A stretch of 64,000 nt of DNA from Candidatus Woesebacteria bacterium GW2011_GWF1_31_35 (GCA_001029755.1 CP011214.1:429767-493766); one strand, 5' to 3'. Shown: positions 31,025 through 41,762, counted from the first letter of the stretch. Numbers and translations are program-made. Notes: generated by a model from the sequence alone, not told the origin.

Positions 31025-34000
31025 TGTTTAAAAAAATATCTAAATATTTATTTATTGGCATATTTAGATTTATATATTTTTTACCAGTACTTGCGATTGT
31101 AATATTTTTAACTTTTCTTTTTGGACATAAAATTTTAGGTCCATATCTGGTTGGAAGTGATAATGCGAATTTTGTTACTTTAGCAGATTGGCTTTTAAAA
31201 TGGTTTCCTAAAATACCATTTTGGTTTCCACAAGAAGGTGGAGGTATGTCCATTACAACCTCCTATCCAATATTAAATCAATTGATTGTTGTCGTACTTC
31301 AGAAATTGACCAATATTCCAATTGTAGTTGTTTTTCGTATTTGGTCACTGATTACAGTTGTTTTAACTTCAATGGGATTATATTTATTAACTTTTAGATT
31401 GACTAAAAATCAGACGATAGCTGCAATATCCGCAATATTTTATCCTCTAATGCCAATAACTTGGATATTTTTACTTATGTGGGGTTTTGCTGCAGAGCAA
31501 TTATCATTAATATTTGTTCCACCTGTCTTAATTTTTGCACCTTTATTTTTAGATGAATATTATTTAAATGGGCTGACAAAAAAAGCGAAAATCTATTTCC
31601 TTATATTTCTTATAACAGTTGCAATTCTTCCTATTGCTCATCCCATGATGTTTATTGGGGTATTAGTATTTATTTTTGTTCTTTTTATTGTTTATCCGAT
31701 TATTGTTTTGAGAGAGTCAAAGGTAAAATTAAAAAAATTAGTTATTCTGGATTTAGTAGTAATGGTGATAATTATTTTTGCCACCTTGTATTGGACAATT
31801 CCCTTTATTAGTTATCAATCAAATGTTAATAAAGGTGCTCCTGTTGAGGCTGAAATATATAATCGTAATGTATATTTGCAAAATGGCATATATCCAATTA
31901 GTGTTTTTAATATTTCTGATGAATCTGCGGGTTATATAGATTACACAACCACCCCACGTAACATATCTGGTTGGGCATGGAGAAATGTTTCATTCCCCTT
32001 TATTATAAGTGTTCTTGCATTAATAGGTCTAATCGGTTCTTTTTTTCTCAATAGAAAAGTATTTGCATTTGGTATTGCTAATTTAGTTCCTTTAGCGATA
32101 GCAGTTTTTCCGAAAATTGATTTCATATTTTTAAAGTTTCCTTTGTCAGGCTTTATATTGAATTGGAGAGCGGGGATACTAATGTCCCGGTTTATTATCC
32201 CCCTTCTTGCTGGTTTTGGATGTTATGTATTGGCGTATCTTTTTACTTTTCCTTTAAACTTATTATCAAAATGGCTAAAAAACTCTTTTTTAAGTTTTTC
32301 TTTGAGAAGCCTTTTTGTTCTTATGTCAGGGGTTTTATCACTGGTGATAGCTGGGGTTCTTCTCTGGAATTTTAAAAGTTGGCCATTTAATAATCCTAAT
32401 TTTTTACTTTCACTTGGTACTGAAGTAGTTGTCCCAAGTGAAAGAATGGATCTTCGAAATATTTGGAGAGATGGTCCAGGTGACCCATGTTACGGTGGGG
32501 GAGTTTTGCCTACAAAAGACAATAAATTCCCTCTTTTTTGTCAGAATATACCTTTTCAGGAACATTTCTTGGCAGGTAAATTAGGTGAAGAGTGTAGTAA
32601 GTTTTCTGTCAAGGATGTTGAGATACCGAGTGATATTGTATCGCTTTGTAGTTTTAATCCAGATGAAGAAACCGTTCTTCGAATTTATAAAAAATGTGAG
32701 AGTAAAAATACTGATTTGTATTACTCTGATATTTGCCAATCAAAAGTTAAAAGTATTGGAGAACAATTAAATTTTAATAATTTAAAGGAAATTCTTGCTA
32801 AGAAGAATTTACTTAATAATGGTACGGAAATGTGGGGTAAAGAAATAGATTTATTTAAATTACTTCCAGACAATCCAAATACAAGGGTCGATATTGGAAC
32901 ATCAATTGGAGCATTTATGATGATGGAACCGTTTTATAGTAGTGTTCCAGAACTTCCTGTTTATTATAACACTGGTACATTAATGAAAACTCTGTGGAAT
33001 TACCAAATTGGAATATTTAATCAGAAAAAAACTGTCTGGCCCCAGGACAGTATTATGTACGAATTATCAAAATATTTTGGTCTTGAATATATGTTTTTAT
33101 CAGAAAATTTAGTACCGATCGATAAATATTTAAGGACTGGCTGGGAAAGAGTACACAAGTTGGAAAATGAACCATTGGAAGGACTTGCTCTTTGGAGATT
33201 TAATGAACCAACTAGCTTACTAACTGTAACTACAAGGCCTACAGTTCTTGTTATCGGACAAGATAAAGTGGATGGCTATTTTAGAACATTTCATCTAGCT
33301 AATTTAGGAACGATTTCGTTTAATGATGCCATTTTGGTTAAAGGGGATTCTTTTGTTGATAATTATACTTCCGAAGAACTTAAACAGTTTGACGTCGTAA
33401 TATTGGAAGGTTACGCATATAAAAAGCAGGCAAAAGGATGGAGGGTTCTTGATGAATATGTTAAATCAGGTGGTTCACTACTTATTAATAATGGTTGGCA
33501 GTTTTCAAGTGCAGATTGGAATATAGATAAAACACCTAATTTTTTCCCAATAGGCCAATTAGGTTGGATTGACCCAGGGAATGTAAACAATTTTTCTCTA
33601 ATAGATAACGAAATCGGAAGTGGAATAAATGTCGACAAATTTTCTCCTTTAGTTTATGGGGGTACCAATTGGAATATTTCTTCAGGCAATTTATCAAGCG
33701 TAAGAAATTGGGCAAAAGTAATTTTGTCTAATAATGAAAAACCTTTAATAGCTGGAGGACAATATGGTTCAGGAAGGGTTATTTGGATGGGTTTTGACTT
33801 ACCAGGACATATTGGGGCATATCAAGACAATGTTGATGAAATAAAACTTTATGGCAATTTGATTAAATATCTTCTTAATAATAAAACTGGGCAAGTATTA
33901 AAAGCTGGGTTTTCAAGAAGTTATCCTGATAGGTTGGAGATTACATTAAACGAGTCTTCGAATCAAAAGACAATTATTTATTGGAGTGAGGCGTTTTACC

Positions 34001-34308
34001 CCGATTTTAAGGCTAAATTAATTAGTCAGGGTAAATCAGAAAGAATAAAATTTTATAAAGCAGGTCCAGGAATGACTTTATTTAGTCTTCCAAATGTTAA
34101 GTCGGGCTCAAAAATTATCTATGAGTATAAAACACCAATTAAAATAACTATAGCTAAAGGAATTTCTATATTTACATTAATTGCCATTATTATGATAATA
34201 GTGTATCCACAATATTTAAATATAGTGATTACGATTTTATCTAGGTTAGCCGTAAAAGCAAAATTTAAAAAACATATATTTGGGGACGATGATGAATCGA
34301 ACTACTAA
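31024..34308 (+). CDS. Large GT-C/YfhO-like membrane protein with a GATase-like extracellular domain
   Basis: PFWFPQEGGG...YP loop, many TMs, YVKSGGSLLI, GSGRVIWMG, WSEAFYPDF. Confidence 0.7.
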   Translation: MFKKISKYLFIGIFRFIYFLPVLAIVIFLTFLFGHKILGPYLVGSDNANFVTLADWLLKWFPKIPFWFPQEGGGMSITTSYPILNQLIVVVLQKLTNIPIVVVFRIWSLITVVLTSMGLYLLTFRLTKNQTIAAISAIFYPLMPITWIFLLMWGFAAEQLSLIFVPPVLIFAPLFLDEYYLNGLTKKAKIYFLIFLITVAILPIAHPMMFIGVLVFIFVLFIVYPIIVLRESKVKLKKLVILDLVVMVIIIFATLYWTIPFISYQSNVNKGAPVEAEIYNRNVYLQNGIYPISVFNISDESAGYIDYTTTPRNISGWAWRNVSFPFIISVLALIGLIGSFFLNRKVFAFGIANLVPLAIAVFPKIDFIFLKFPLSGFILNWRAGILMSRFIIPLLAGFGCYVLAYLFTFPLNLLSKWLKNSFLSFSLRSLFVLMSGVLSLVIAGVLLWNFKSWPFNNPNFLLSLGTEVVVPSERMDLRNIWRDGPGDPCYGGGVLPTKDNKFPLFCQNIPFQEHFLAGKLGEECSKFSVKDVEIPSDIVSLCSFNPDEETVLRIYKKCESKNTDLYYSDICQSKVKSIGEQLNFNNLKEILAKKNLLNNGTEMWGKEIDLFKLLPDNPNTRVDIGTSIGAFMMMEPFYSSVPELPVYYNTGTLMKTLWNYQIGIFNQKKTVWPQDSIMYELSKYFGLEYMFLSENLVPIDKYLRTGWERVHKLENEPLEGLALWRFNEPTSLLTVTTRPTVLVIGQDKVDGYFRTFHLANLGTISFNDAILVKGDSFVDNYTSEELKQFDVVILEGYAYKKQAKGWRVLDEYVKSGGSLLINNGWQFSSADWNIDKTPNFFPIGQLGWIDPGNVNNFSLIDNEIGSGINVDKFSPLVYGGTNWNISSGNLSSVRNWAKVILSNNEKPLIAGGQYGSGRVIWMGFDLPGHIGAYQDNVDEIKLYGNLIKYLLNNKTGQVLKAGFSRSYPDRLEITLNESSNQKTIIYWSEAFYPDFKAKLISQGKSERIKFYKAGPGMTLFSLPNVKSGSKIIYEYKTPIKITIAKGISIFTLIAIIMIIVYPQYLNIVITILSRLAVKAKFKKHIFGDDDESNY

Positions 34309-37001
34309 TGACAAAAAAAATAATTTTAATTATTTTAATTTTAATTTCTTTTGTGGTAGGTATTTCTGTTATTTATCTTATTTATTTACCTTTTGCTAAA
34401 GGATTTATATACCAAAAATGGGTAGTTGGCGATGCTTTAATGCATTTAGCTAATATTATTGCTATTAAAGTAAATCACCCCTTTCCAATAATGGCTTGGA
34501 AAGTTGAGTGGGGAGGTTATCCTCTAATTGAAGGGTACCCATGGCTTCATTACTATCTTATTCAACCAATACTTTCATTTTTTAGTAACCCTGGCATTGC
34601 AATGGATTACTATTCTGCATTCTTTTTATTTTTGTATTATGTTGTTAGTTTTATTCTTCTTTTTTATACATCTAAAAATTTCTTCTTAGCAATTCTTTTT
34701 ACAATAGTAATAATTTTTGGAGCTGATTCACAAATGCCCTTTTCTGTTAATGCCTTTATGACTTTTACGGCAAGTCAACTATTTTTACCATTAATTTTGC
34801 TGTTAACAATTATTGCTCGAGAAAAAGAAAACTTTAAAATATTAATTTTATCGGCAATCTTTCTTTCCTTTTCATTTTTTTCTCATGGTGCTATGACAGG
34901 AATGGTTATCGTTCCCATTATTTTTCCATTTTTAATAATCAACAAGGAAGGTAAAATATCAAAAACAACAATTATTAATACAATTAAGTATTTTATTGTT
35001 TTTTCTTTACTTTCAGCAATACAAATTTATCAATTTATTTCTTATTCTACGCAAGGATATTTAAGGGGAGTTAAAGTATTTCCACTGGACGTAATTCCAG
35101 CAAGACTAGTTAATCTTCTTTCCTGGATGAATCCTGTTTTAATCATTTTCGTTGCTTTATTTGTCCCATTATTAATTATTTCATTGAAGAAATATTTTTC
35201 AAAGTTAAAACCTTATTTATTATCTTTCTTTTTAATTTTATTTGTATTTACTTTAATGCTTTTTAATATTACTAGTATGAATTTGGTACTTCTAGCAGAA
35301 AGAGTACTATGGGCAATGACCTTAATTTTTCTAGTACTTCTATCAAAAATTATTGCAAATTTATCAAATTCAAAAGTAGTAAGAGTTATTTTTTGGATAA
35401 TTTCTCCAATTCTTCTAGTTGTTTATCTGTATTTTGTATTAATTGTGAAACCACCCCACCTTGTTCCTAATACTTTACAAGCAGTGGATCCGTATAATTA
35501 TAAACCTGTAGAAGTAAAAACTAATGTTACCCCAAGTGTAGTAGAATACCCTAACAAATTTGAAGAAATATCTTTGTATCCTCCTCTTTCTTGGAATAAT
35601 AAGTTTGATAATTATAGAACCGATGGTATTTCTTGGAGTATTTATTCAGCTTGGAATATTTGGACAACGAAAAATACTCGCTATAAAGGAAGATTTCCAG
35701 CTGCCAAAGATTTACCACTTGAGTGGTCAGGTCTAATTGGTGGAGCGGAATATGGAATTTTGGGAGAAGCTGGGACTCCTGATACTAGTAAATGGGCAAT
35801 AAATCAATCACTTTTCTTTTTTGATTGGTATGGGATTCGACATATAGAAATAGGATATGGAGATTATGAGACAGCTAAATATTTAAAGGAAGAGCCTTTG
35901 ATTATTAGTTCAGAACAAAGTTTAAACCTGACTTATAACGATATTGATAAAAAATTTGTAGGTCCAATATACACTCCAACTAATGCAAAAACAATTGCTG
36001 TAGTTTCACCTGAAATACAATATGATAATTTTATAAGGACTCTTTCATATTCTGAGATAAGATCAGAAAAATTAATTCCAATATATTTGGGTAAAAATTT
36101 AAGTTCCTTAAAGCAAAAAAACTTAAAAGATTTTAATGCAGTGTTTATATATGGTTATAAATCTTCAATGTTTTCATCAGGAACTTGGGTTGAACTAGCA
36201 GAATATGTTAAAAACGGGGGAAATTTAATTATAGAAACTGGCCAAAAGGTAGATCAAACAGAAGACATTAATTTACCAGAAGTTTTTCCAATTAGTAAAA
36301 CAAAGTTGACAGTAGTTACTAAGCCCTGGAACGTTTCTTTGGAAGATAACGAAATAACACAAAATGTATTAGCTTCCGATTTTAATCCCTTAAAAACTAA
36401 ATATCTTCCATATGCTGTCTCAGAAGCTACATCTAATAATATAAGAAATTGGGCTAAACCCGTACTTACAAAAGATGGTTCTATAGTTTTAGCATATGGA
36501 CGATTAGGGAAAGGAGGTGTTATTTGGAGTGGTATAAACCTTCCATTTCATGCAATTGATAACAGAAATACTTCCGAAACTGTTATCTTTGCCAATGCTA
36601 TTAATTGGTTTTTCCCAGAGTTTGATACTTCTATAACCGATTTTGAAGTGAGTCATTCAAAATCTGAAAAGATTATTATTAAATCAAATGAAGGTAGCGG
36701 ATTTTTAATCAAAGAAAACTACAATCCTGGTTGGAGTGCAAAATTAAATGGAAAGAGAGTAAAGATATACAAAGCTGGGTTAATGGAAATGTATATTCCA
36801 AGAGACAAAACAAGTAATAGCAAAGACCTTCTAGAGCTTACTTATTACGGGTCTCCAATTCATTGGATACTATTTATTATTTCTTCTATTTCTTTTATAG
36901 GAATTCTGGTATATTTGGTTTTTAATAAAAATGTTTTTTCTTTAAAAGATAAATTACCAAAATTAAATTTAATAAAAAAAGATAGTGAAGAAGATTATTA
37001 A
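34308..37001 (+). CDS. Paralogous GT-C/YfhO-like membrane protein
   Basis: AWKVEWGGYP, YVKNGGNLII, GKGGVIWSG, ENYNPGWSA. Confidence 0.7.
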   Translation: MTKKIILIILILISFVVGISVIYLIYLPFAKGFIYQKWVVGDALMHLANIIAIKVNHPFPIMAWKVEWGGYPLIEGYPWLHYYLIQPILSFFSNPGIAMDYYSAFFLFLYYVVSFILLFYTSKNFFLAILFTIVIIFGADSQMPFSVNAFMTFTASQLFLPLILLLTIIAREKENFKILILSAIFLSFSFFSHGAMTGMVIVPIIFPFLIINKEGKISKTTIINTIKYFIVFSLLSAIQIYQFISYSTQGYLRGVKVFPLDVIPARLVNLLSWMNPVLIIFVALFVPLLIISLKKYFSKLKPYLLSFFLILFVFTLMLFNITSMNLVLLAERVLWAMTLIFLVLLSKIIANLSNSKVVRVIFWIISPILLVVYLYFVLIVKPPHLVPNTLQAVDPYNYKPVEVKTNVTPSVVEYPNKFEEISLYPPLSWNNKFDNYRTDGISWSIYSAWNIWTTKNTRYKGRFPAAKDLPLEWSGLIGGAEYGILGEAGTPDTSKWAINQSLFFFDWYGIRHIEIGYGDYETAKYLKEEPLIISSEQSLNLTYNDIDKKFVGPIYTPTNAKTIAVVSPEIQYDNFIRTLSYSEIRSEKLIPIYLGKNLSSLKQKNLKDFNAVFIYGYKSSMFSSGTWVELAEYVKNGGNLIIETGQKVDQTEDINLPEVFPISKTKLTVVTKPWNVSLEDNEITQNVLASDFNPLKTKYLPYAVSEATSNNIRNWAKPVLTKDGSIVLAYGRLGKGGVIWSGINLPFHAIDNRNTSETVIFANAINWFFPEFDTSITDFEVSHSKSEKIIIKSNEGSGFLIKENYNPGWSAKLNGKRVKIYKAGLMEMYIPRDKTSNSKDLLELTYYGSPIHWILFIISSISFIGILVYLVFNKNVFSLKDKLPKLNLIKKDSEEDY

Positions 37002-37029
37002 ATGATTTTTAAAAAATTAAATTTGTATT

Positions 37030-38280
37030 ATGAATAAAGATTTTCGCGTTGTAAAAAAATGTAGAATATGTAAATCTTCAAAGTTGTATAAATTCCTCGA
37101 TTTAAATAAGATGCCAATACCTAATGGATTTAGAAAAAAAGAGGATTTAAATAAAAAGGAACATAAGTATGAATTAGGTTGTTTTTTTTGTGAGAATTGT
37201 AGTTTAGTTCAGCTTACTATTGTAGTAAATCCTGAAATAATGTTTAAAAATTATTTATACTTTTCTGCACTCTCTAAGGTGATGATGAATAATTTTAGCA
37301 GCCTTGCTCATGAGGCATATTTAGCTGAAAACTTAGATGAAAATTCATTAGTTTGTGATATTGGATCAAATGATGGTAGTTTACTTAAATTTTTTAAATC
37401 ATATGATTCAAAAATTGTTGGAATAGACCCTGCTGAAAATATTGCCAAAATAGCTGAGTTGAGTGGAATCCCCACAGAAGTTGAATATTTCAATTCAATT
37501 TCAGCTAAAAAAATAAGAAAAAAGTACGGTTTGGCTGATGTTATAACAGCAACAAATGTTATAGCTCATACCGATAATCTATATGAAGTGTTTAAAGGAG
37601 TTGACATTTTACTTAAAAAAGATGGGGTTTTTATTACGGAGTTTCCATATTTAGTAGATTTAATTGATAAGCTTGAATTTGATACTATCTATCATGAACA
37701 TCTTTCCTATTTTTCACTTAAACCTTGGAATCTATTAGTAGAGAAATGTGGCTTTGAAATTTGTGATATAAGAAGGCTTGCCATTCATGGTGGTTCAATA
37801 AGAATTACCCATAGGAGAAAGAATAGAAATTTAAAAAATCCTGCCAAAAAAACTTTAGAGTTTTTATTAGATCTTGAAGAAAAAAAAGGATTGAGTAAAA
37901 AAGAAACGTATGATGAATTTAGCTTAAAAATTAATAAATTAAAGGAAGAACTGTTAACTCTGCTAAGATCATTAAAAAAAGATGGAAAAAAAATAGTTGG
38001 CTACGGTGCTGCCGCTAAGGGAAATGTATTAACAAATTTTTTTGGAATAGATACAAAAATACTGGATTTCATAGTTGATGCAACTCCTTATAAACAGGGT
38101 TTATTTACTCCGGGAATGAAAATACCCGTATATGCTGAAAATAGGTTGTTAAAAAAAATGCCAGATTATGCAATAATATTGGCATGGAATTTTGCCAATG
38201 AAATTATGGAAAAACAAGAAACTTTTAGTGCAAAAGGTGGAAGGTTTATTATTCCACTTCCTGAAATAAAAATAATATAA
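37030..38280 (+). CDS. NDP-hexose C-methyltransferase family protein
   Basis: CRIC...CENCSLVQL Zn site, DIGSNDG, FDTIYHEH, HGGS, GYGAAAKG, LAWNF. Confidence 0.93.
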   Translation: MNKDFRVVKKCRICKSSKLYKFLDLNKMPIPNGFRKKEDLNKKEHKYELGCFFCENCSLVQLTIVVNPEIMFKNYLYFSALSKVMMNNFSSLAHEAYLAENLDENSLVCDIGSNDGSLLKFFKSYDSKIVGIDPAENIAKIAELSGIPTEVEYFNSISAKKIRKKYGLADVITATNVIAHTDNLYEVFKGVDILLKKDGVFITEFPYLVDLIDKLEFDTIYHEHLSYFSLKPWNLLVEKCGFEICDIRRLAIHGGSIRITHRRKNRNLKNPAKKTLEFLLDLEEKKGLSKKETYDEFSLKINKLKEELLTLLRSLKKDGKKIVGYGAAAKGNVLTNFFGIDTKILDFIVDATPYKQGLFTPGMKIPVYAENRLLKKMPDYAIILAWNFANEIMEKQETFSAKGGRFIIPLPEIKII

Positions 38281-38286
38281 AAATTT

Positions 38287-38985
38287 ATGTATCTTAAAAA
38301 AACAGTTGCAGCAATTATTCCAGCAGGGAAAGATAGTAATTCAATATTAAAAGTGATTCAAGAGCTAGACGCTACAAGTTTTACTGATGAAATAATTATT
38401 GTTAATAATGGAGCAGATGAAAAAACCATAAATTTTGTAACTAAAACTCGTGCTAGATTTATTAAGACAAAAAAAATTGGGTTAGGGGATTGTCTTAAAG
38501 AGGGGTTTAGAAATACCAAAGCAGATTTAATTGTTGTTATTTCAGGAGATGGTTCATTTATGGGGAAAGACATTACAAAACTTTTATCATACAGTGAGGA
38601 TTTTGATACAGTTTTCGGTTCTAGAACACACTCACCTCTAATAGGGAAAGGGTCCGGTATGACTTTTTCTAGAAGATTAGTTGATGATTTATTCGGTAAA
38701 TTAATAAGTATTTTATTTTTATCATCAAATTTAACTGATGTTGGCTGTACTTTTCGTCTGACAAATAGAAAAGGTTTAAAGAAAGTAATAAAGTATTGTA
38801 AAAGCAAAGATGAGATTTTCTTAACAGAATGGCTTATTGAAGCTGCCAAAAATAAAGTTAGATTTACTGAAGTACCGGTTAATTTTATTTCTTCAACGGG
38901 GGACAGAAGAAAAGAAAATTTCTTTTTTTTAGCAACAAGGGCTTTTAAAATTATTTATCTTATTTTTAAAACCTATTTTAGCTAA
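38287..38985 (+). CDS. GT2 (DPM synthase-like) glycosyltransferase with degenerate motifs
   Basis: FGSR, TDVGCTFR, EVPV; the DxD position reads SGD. Confidence 0.8.
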   Translation: MYLKKTVAAIIPAGKDSNSILKVIQELDATSFTDEIIIVNNGADEKTINFVTKTRARFIKTKKIGLGDCLKEGFRNTKADLIVVISGDGSFMGKDITKLLSYSEDFDTVFGSRTHSPLIGKGSGMTFSRRLVDDLFGKLISILFLSSNLTDVGCTFRLTNRKGLKKVIKYCKSKDEIFLTEWLIEAAKNKVRFTEVPVNFISSTGDRRKENFFFLATRAFKIIYLIFKTYFS

Positions 38986-39684
38986 GATAAAAAGAACAAG
39001 AACTTTAAAAGTCCCGAGTGAATACTTTAAACTATTTTTAAAACTCGCTCCTCTTTTTTCGCCCGTGTAATTTGTTTCAACTGGTACTTCTCCGACCTTT
39101 GCCTTTGCAAATACGGCCTGCGCAATTATTTCAAAACTAAAAATATAATCATTTGAATTATTATTTATATTTATTTTTTCTAAAAGTTCTTTAGTGTAAA
39201 CTCTAAATCCTTGATGTAAATCATTTATTTTAATTCCTAAAACCAATCTATCTATAAAACTTAAAAACAGGAGGGGAATAACTTTCCAAACATACATTCC
39301 ATTTTTTAAGGGTTTATCTTTTGTGGTAAAACGATTACCCATTATAAATTCATAATTATTATTTTTGATTTTAAAAAGTGCTAGTGGAATTGCAGTAGGT
39401 TTATATTCTCCATCTGGATGAATATCAACTATTATGTCAGCTCCATCATTTAAAGCAAGAGAGATTGCTCTTTTAAGATTTCCTCCATAACCTAGGTTAA
39501 TAGGATTTCTATAGACTTTAAGTTTCTTTAATCTTTTTGCAATTTTATATGTTTCATCTTTTGAACAATCATCTACCAATATACATTCATCAAAATATTT
39601 TTTAGGTAAATTGGTCCAAAATTTTTCTAAAGAATCGGCAACATTGTATGCAATAAATATTGCTATTATTTTTTTATTTTTCAT
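38929..39684 (-). CDS. GT2 (DPM synthase-like) glycosyltransferase
   Basis: AYN, VDDCSKD, NLGYGG, HPDGEY, DLHQGFRVY. Confidence 0.9.
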   Translation of the reverse strand: MKNKKIIAIFIAYNVADSLEKFWTNLPKKYFDECILVDDCSKDETYKIAKRLKKLKVYRNPINLGYGGNLKRAISLALNDGADIIVDIHPDGEYKPTAIPLALFKIKNNNYEFIMGNRFTTKDKPLKNGMYVWKVIPLLFLSFIDRLVLGIKINDLHQGFRVYTKELLEKININNNSNDYIFSFEIIAQAVFAKAKVGEVPVETNYTGEKRGASFKNSLKYSLGTFKVLVLFILAKIGFKNKINNFKSPCC

Positions 39685-40498
39685 ATTTTTTTGCTGAAAT
39701 CATACCAATTGGGGATTTATTAAAAATATATAAAACAATTTCTATTATAATTGAAAGAAAAAGTAAAGGTGTAAGTAAAATAAAAATAATTAGATTACCG
39801 TTTGTTTTTATATTATCAGTTAAATTTATTTTTAAATAATTAAGAATACTTGCCATAAAACCCCATGGTGCATATTCAAAGGAAAATACTTTATCAACCT
39901 TTATTTTTTTAAAGCCTGAAGTTTTAAGTATTAATTTTAAGCCTTTATCTGTTAAATGTGATAAGTGTCTAGGAAGATCTTGGTGAAACCAATATTTACC
40001 AAATAATTTTGATTCAAGGCAGTTATATTTAGGATATTCAATAAAAATATAACCATTTTTATTTAAAAGATTATAAGCTTTATTAATATATTTTATAGGA
40101 TTAGAAGTGTGTTCTAAGCTTTCCCAAAAACATATACAATCAAATTTATTCTTTGTATCCCATTTTAATAAATTAAGTTTCAAAACTGATGGATTTTTTA
40201 CTTTTGAACCAATTGGTTCAATATTAGTAACTGAATATTTTTTTGGAAGGTTTTTATAATAGTTTGCTTCGCCTGATCCAACATCTAATATCTTCCCGTT
40301 TGAAAAAGATTTTATTATCCAATTAACTCTTCTTTTTTGGAATATATTAAATACAGTTTTTTTTATATTTCCTAATAAATTTTTTGATACCCAATAATTA
40401 TTTGAATAATATTTTTCAATATGAAGTGGAATAGGGTAGGTAAAGCCAATTTGAAGTTTTTGGTCAAAATTTATAATGAATTTTCTTTGCATGTACAT
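39674..40498 (-). CDS. Class I SAM-dependent methyltransferase
   Basis: ILDVGSG, WESLEH, DLPRHL. Confidence 0.88.
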   Translation of the reverse strand: MYMQRKFIINFDQKLQIGFTYPIPLHIEKYYSNNYWVSKNLLGNIKKTVFNIFQKRRVNWIIKSFSNGKILDVGSGEANYYKNLPKKYSVTNIEPIGSKVKNPSVLKLNLLKWDTKNKFDCICFWESLEHTSNPIKYINKAYNLLNKNGYIFIEYPKYNCLESKLFGKYWFHQDLPRHLSHLTDKGLKLILKTSGFKKIKVDKVFSFEYAPWGFMASILNYLKINLTDNIKTNGNLIIFILLTPLLFLSIIIEIVLYIFNKSPIGMISAKKYEK

Positions 40499-40557
40499 TA
40501 TTTAAATATGATTTTATCATACTTGGCTTACTATTATGTTTAGTGTAGTATTATTAA

Positions 40558-41529
40558 ATGTCATCTTTTGTACGTAATTATTTGAATAAATTTAGATTAT
40601 TCTATTCACATAAAATCAATAGGATTTTAATGGTTATCGCTGTTTTTTTTGCGGTTACATTTAGCTTAATCTATTATCTTTCACTGAAGTTTGTTGAGAA
40701 AACTCTTTACGAGCAAATGCTTCATAGAGAACAAATAGTTACTCGTGCGGGTTCAATAGCATTGAAGGAATTTTTTGAATTAATGGGAACACAAGTTTTT
40801 TCATTTTCCACTCGTAAATCAATTGTTAATGTAGATAAAGATACACAAAACTTACTTGATTCTTTTGTGGCAAGGTATAGTCAGTATCCAATCGGTGGAA
40901 TAGTTTTAACAGATAAAAATGGGAAAATTATCTATAATGCTAATATTGAAAATAGTCACAGTACAGATGTTGATTTAGGTGATAGAGATTATTTTCTTGA
41001 TTTAAAAAATAATATTGACAAGGAATTTGTAATAAGCCCTCCTTTAATTTCTAGATTTGGTGTAAGTAAGGGTAAATATGTATTAGTTATTGCATCACCC
41101 GTCATTAAAAATAGTAAATTTAATGGAGTTTTGTTAGTTAGTGTAATTGTTGATGAAATAGCAAAAGAATTTTTAGATCCATTAAAAATTACAGAAAATA
41201 CATTAATTAATTTAAATAATCAAAAAGGAGATATGCTTTATCCAACACGTGGAGTTTCAATCGACATAGATTATTTAAAAACTACAAACAAAAAAATAGG
41301 TGAGTGGAAAAATATCTCTAAAAATAGTTTATTAATTGCTACTTCTTCATTTAATTATTGGAACGGTAATCTTTGGTATCTTTCTGTTGCAACTCCTTCA
41401 AAAGATGCCCTTGATTTTATGGGGCCACTATTGAAAATAAATTTTGCATTTTTATTAATTGGAATATTTTCAATTTTAATCTTTTCTTCTTTCTTAATAA
41501 CTGTTATCAAATTAATTAGAAAAAAATGA
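40558..41529 (+). CDS. Cache (dCache-like) sensor domain protein without an output domain
   Basis: TM; DLGDRDYF, ISPPLISR and VIASPV...FNGVL Cache motifs; second TM then stop. Confidence 0.8.
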   Translation: MSSFVRNYLNKFRLFYSHKINRILMVIAVFFAVTFSLIYYLSLKFVEKTLYEQMLHREQIVTRAGSIALKEFFELMGTQVFSFSTRKSIVNVDKDTQNLLDSFVARYSQYPIGGIVLTDKNGKIIYNANIENSHSTDVDLGDRDYFLDLKNNIDKEFVISPPLISRFGVSKGKYVLVIASPVIKNSKFNGVLLVSVIVDEIAKEFLDPLKITENTLINLNNQKGDMLYPTRGVSIDIDYLKTTNKKIGEWKNISKNSLLIATSSFNYWNGNLWYLSVATPSKDALDFMGPLLKINFAFLLIGIFSILIFSSFLITVIKLIRKK

Positions 41530-41762
41530 ATCAAAACTTGCCTATAAACGATAAACATCATCATTTGGAATCAATAGTAAAACTTGTTTTAAAAACAGTA
41601 GTTCCTATTTTTATTCTTATAGGTGGTATAGCTTTACTAACATTAAGAATTGCTGGTTGGAGTATTATATTTGGACTTCCAATGGTTGTAATTGGAGTAG
41701 TTTTTTTAATCTATACTTATGATGAGATTGTATCATCTAGTCTTGGTGATGATACTAACTAA
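41526..41762 (+). CDS. Small 2-TM membrane protein
   Basis: Two hydrophobic helices; ATGA overlap with the upstream gene. Confidence 0.7.
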   Translation: MNQNLPINDKHHHLESIVKLVLKTVVPIFILIGGIALLTLRIAGWSIIFGLPMVVIGVVFLIYTYDEIVSSSLGDDTN

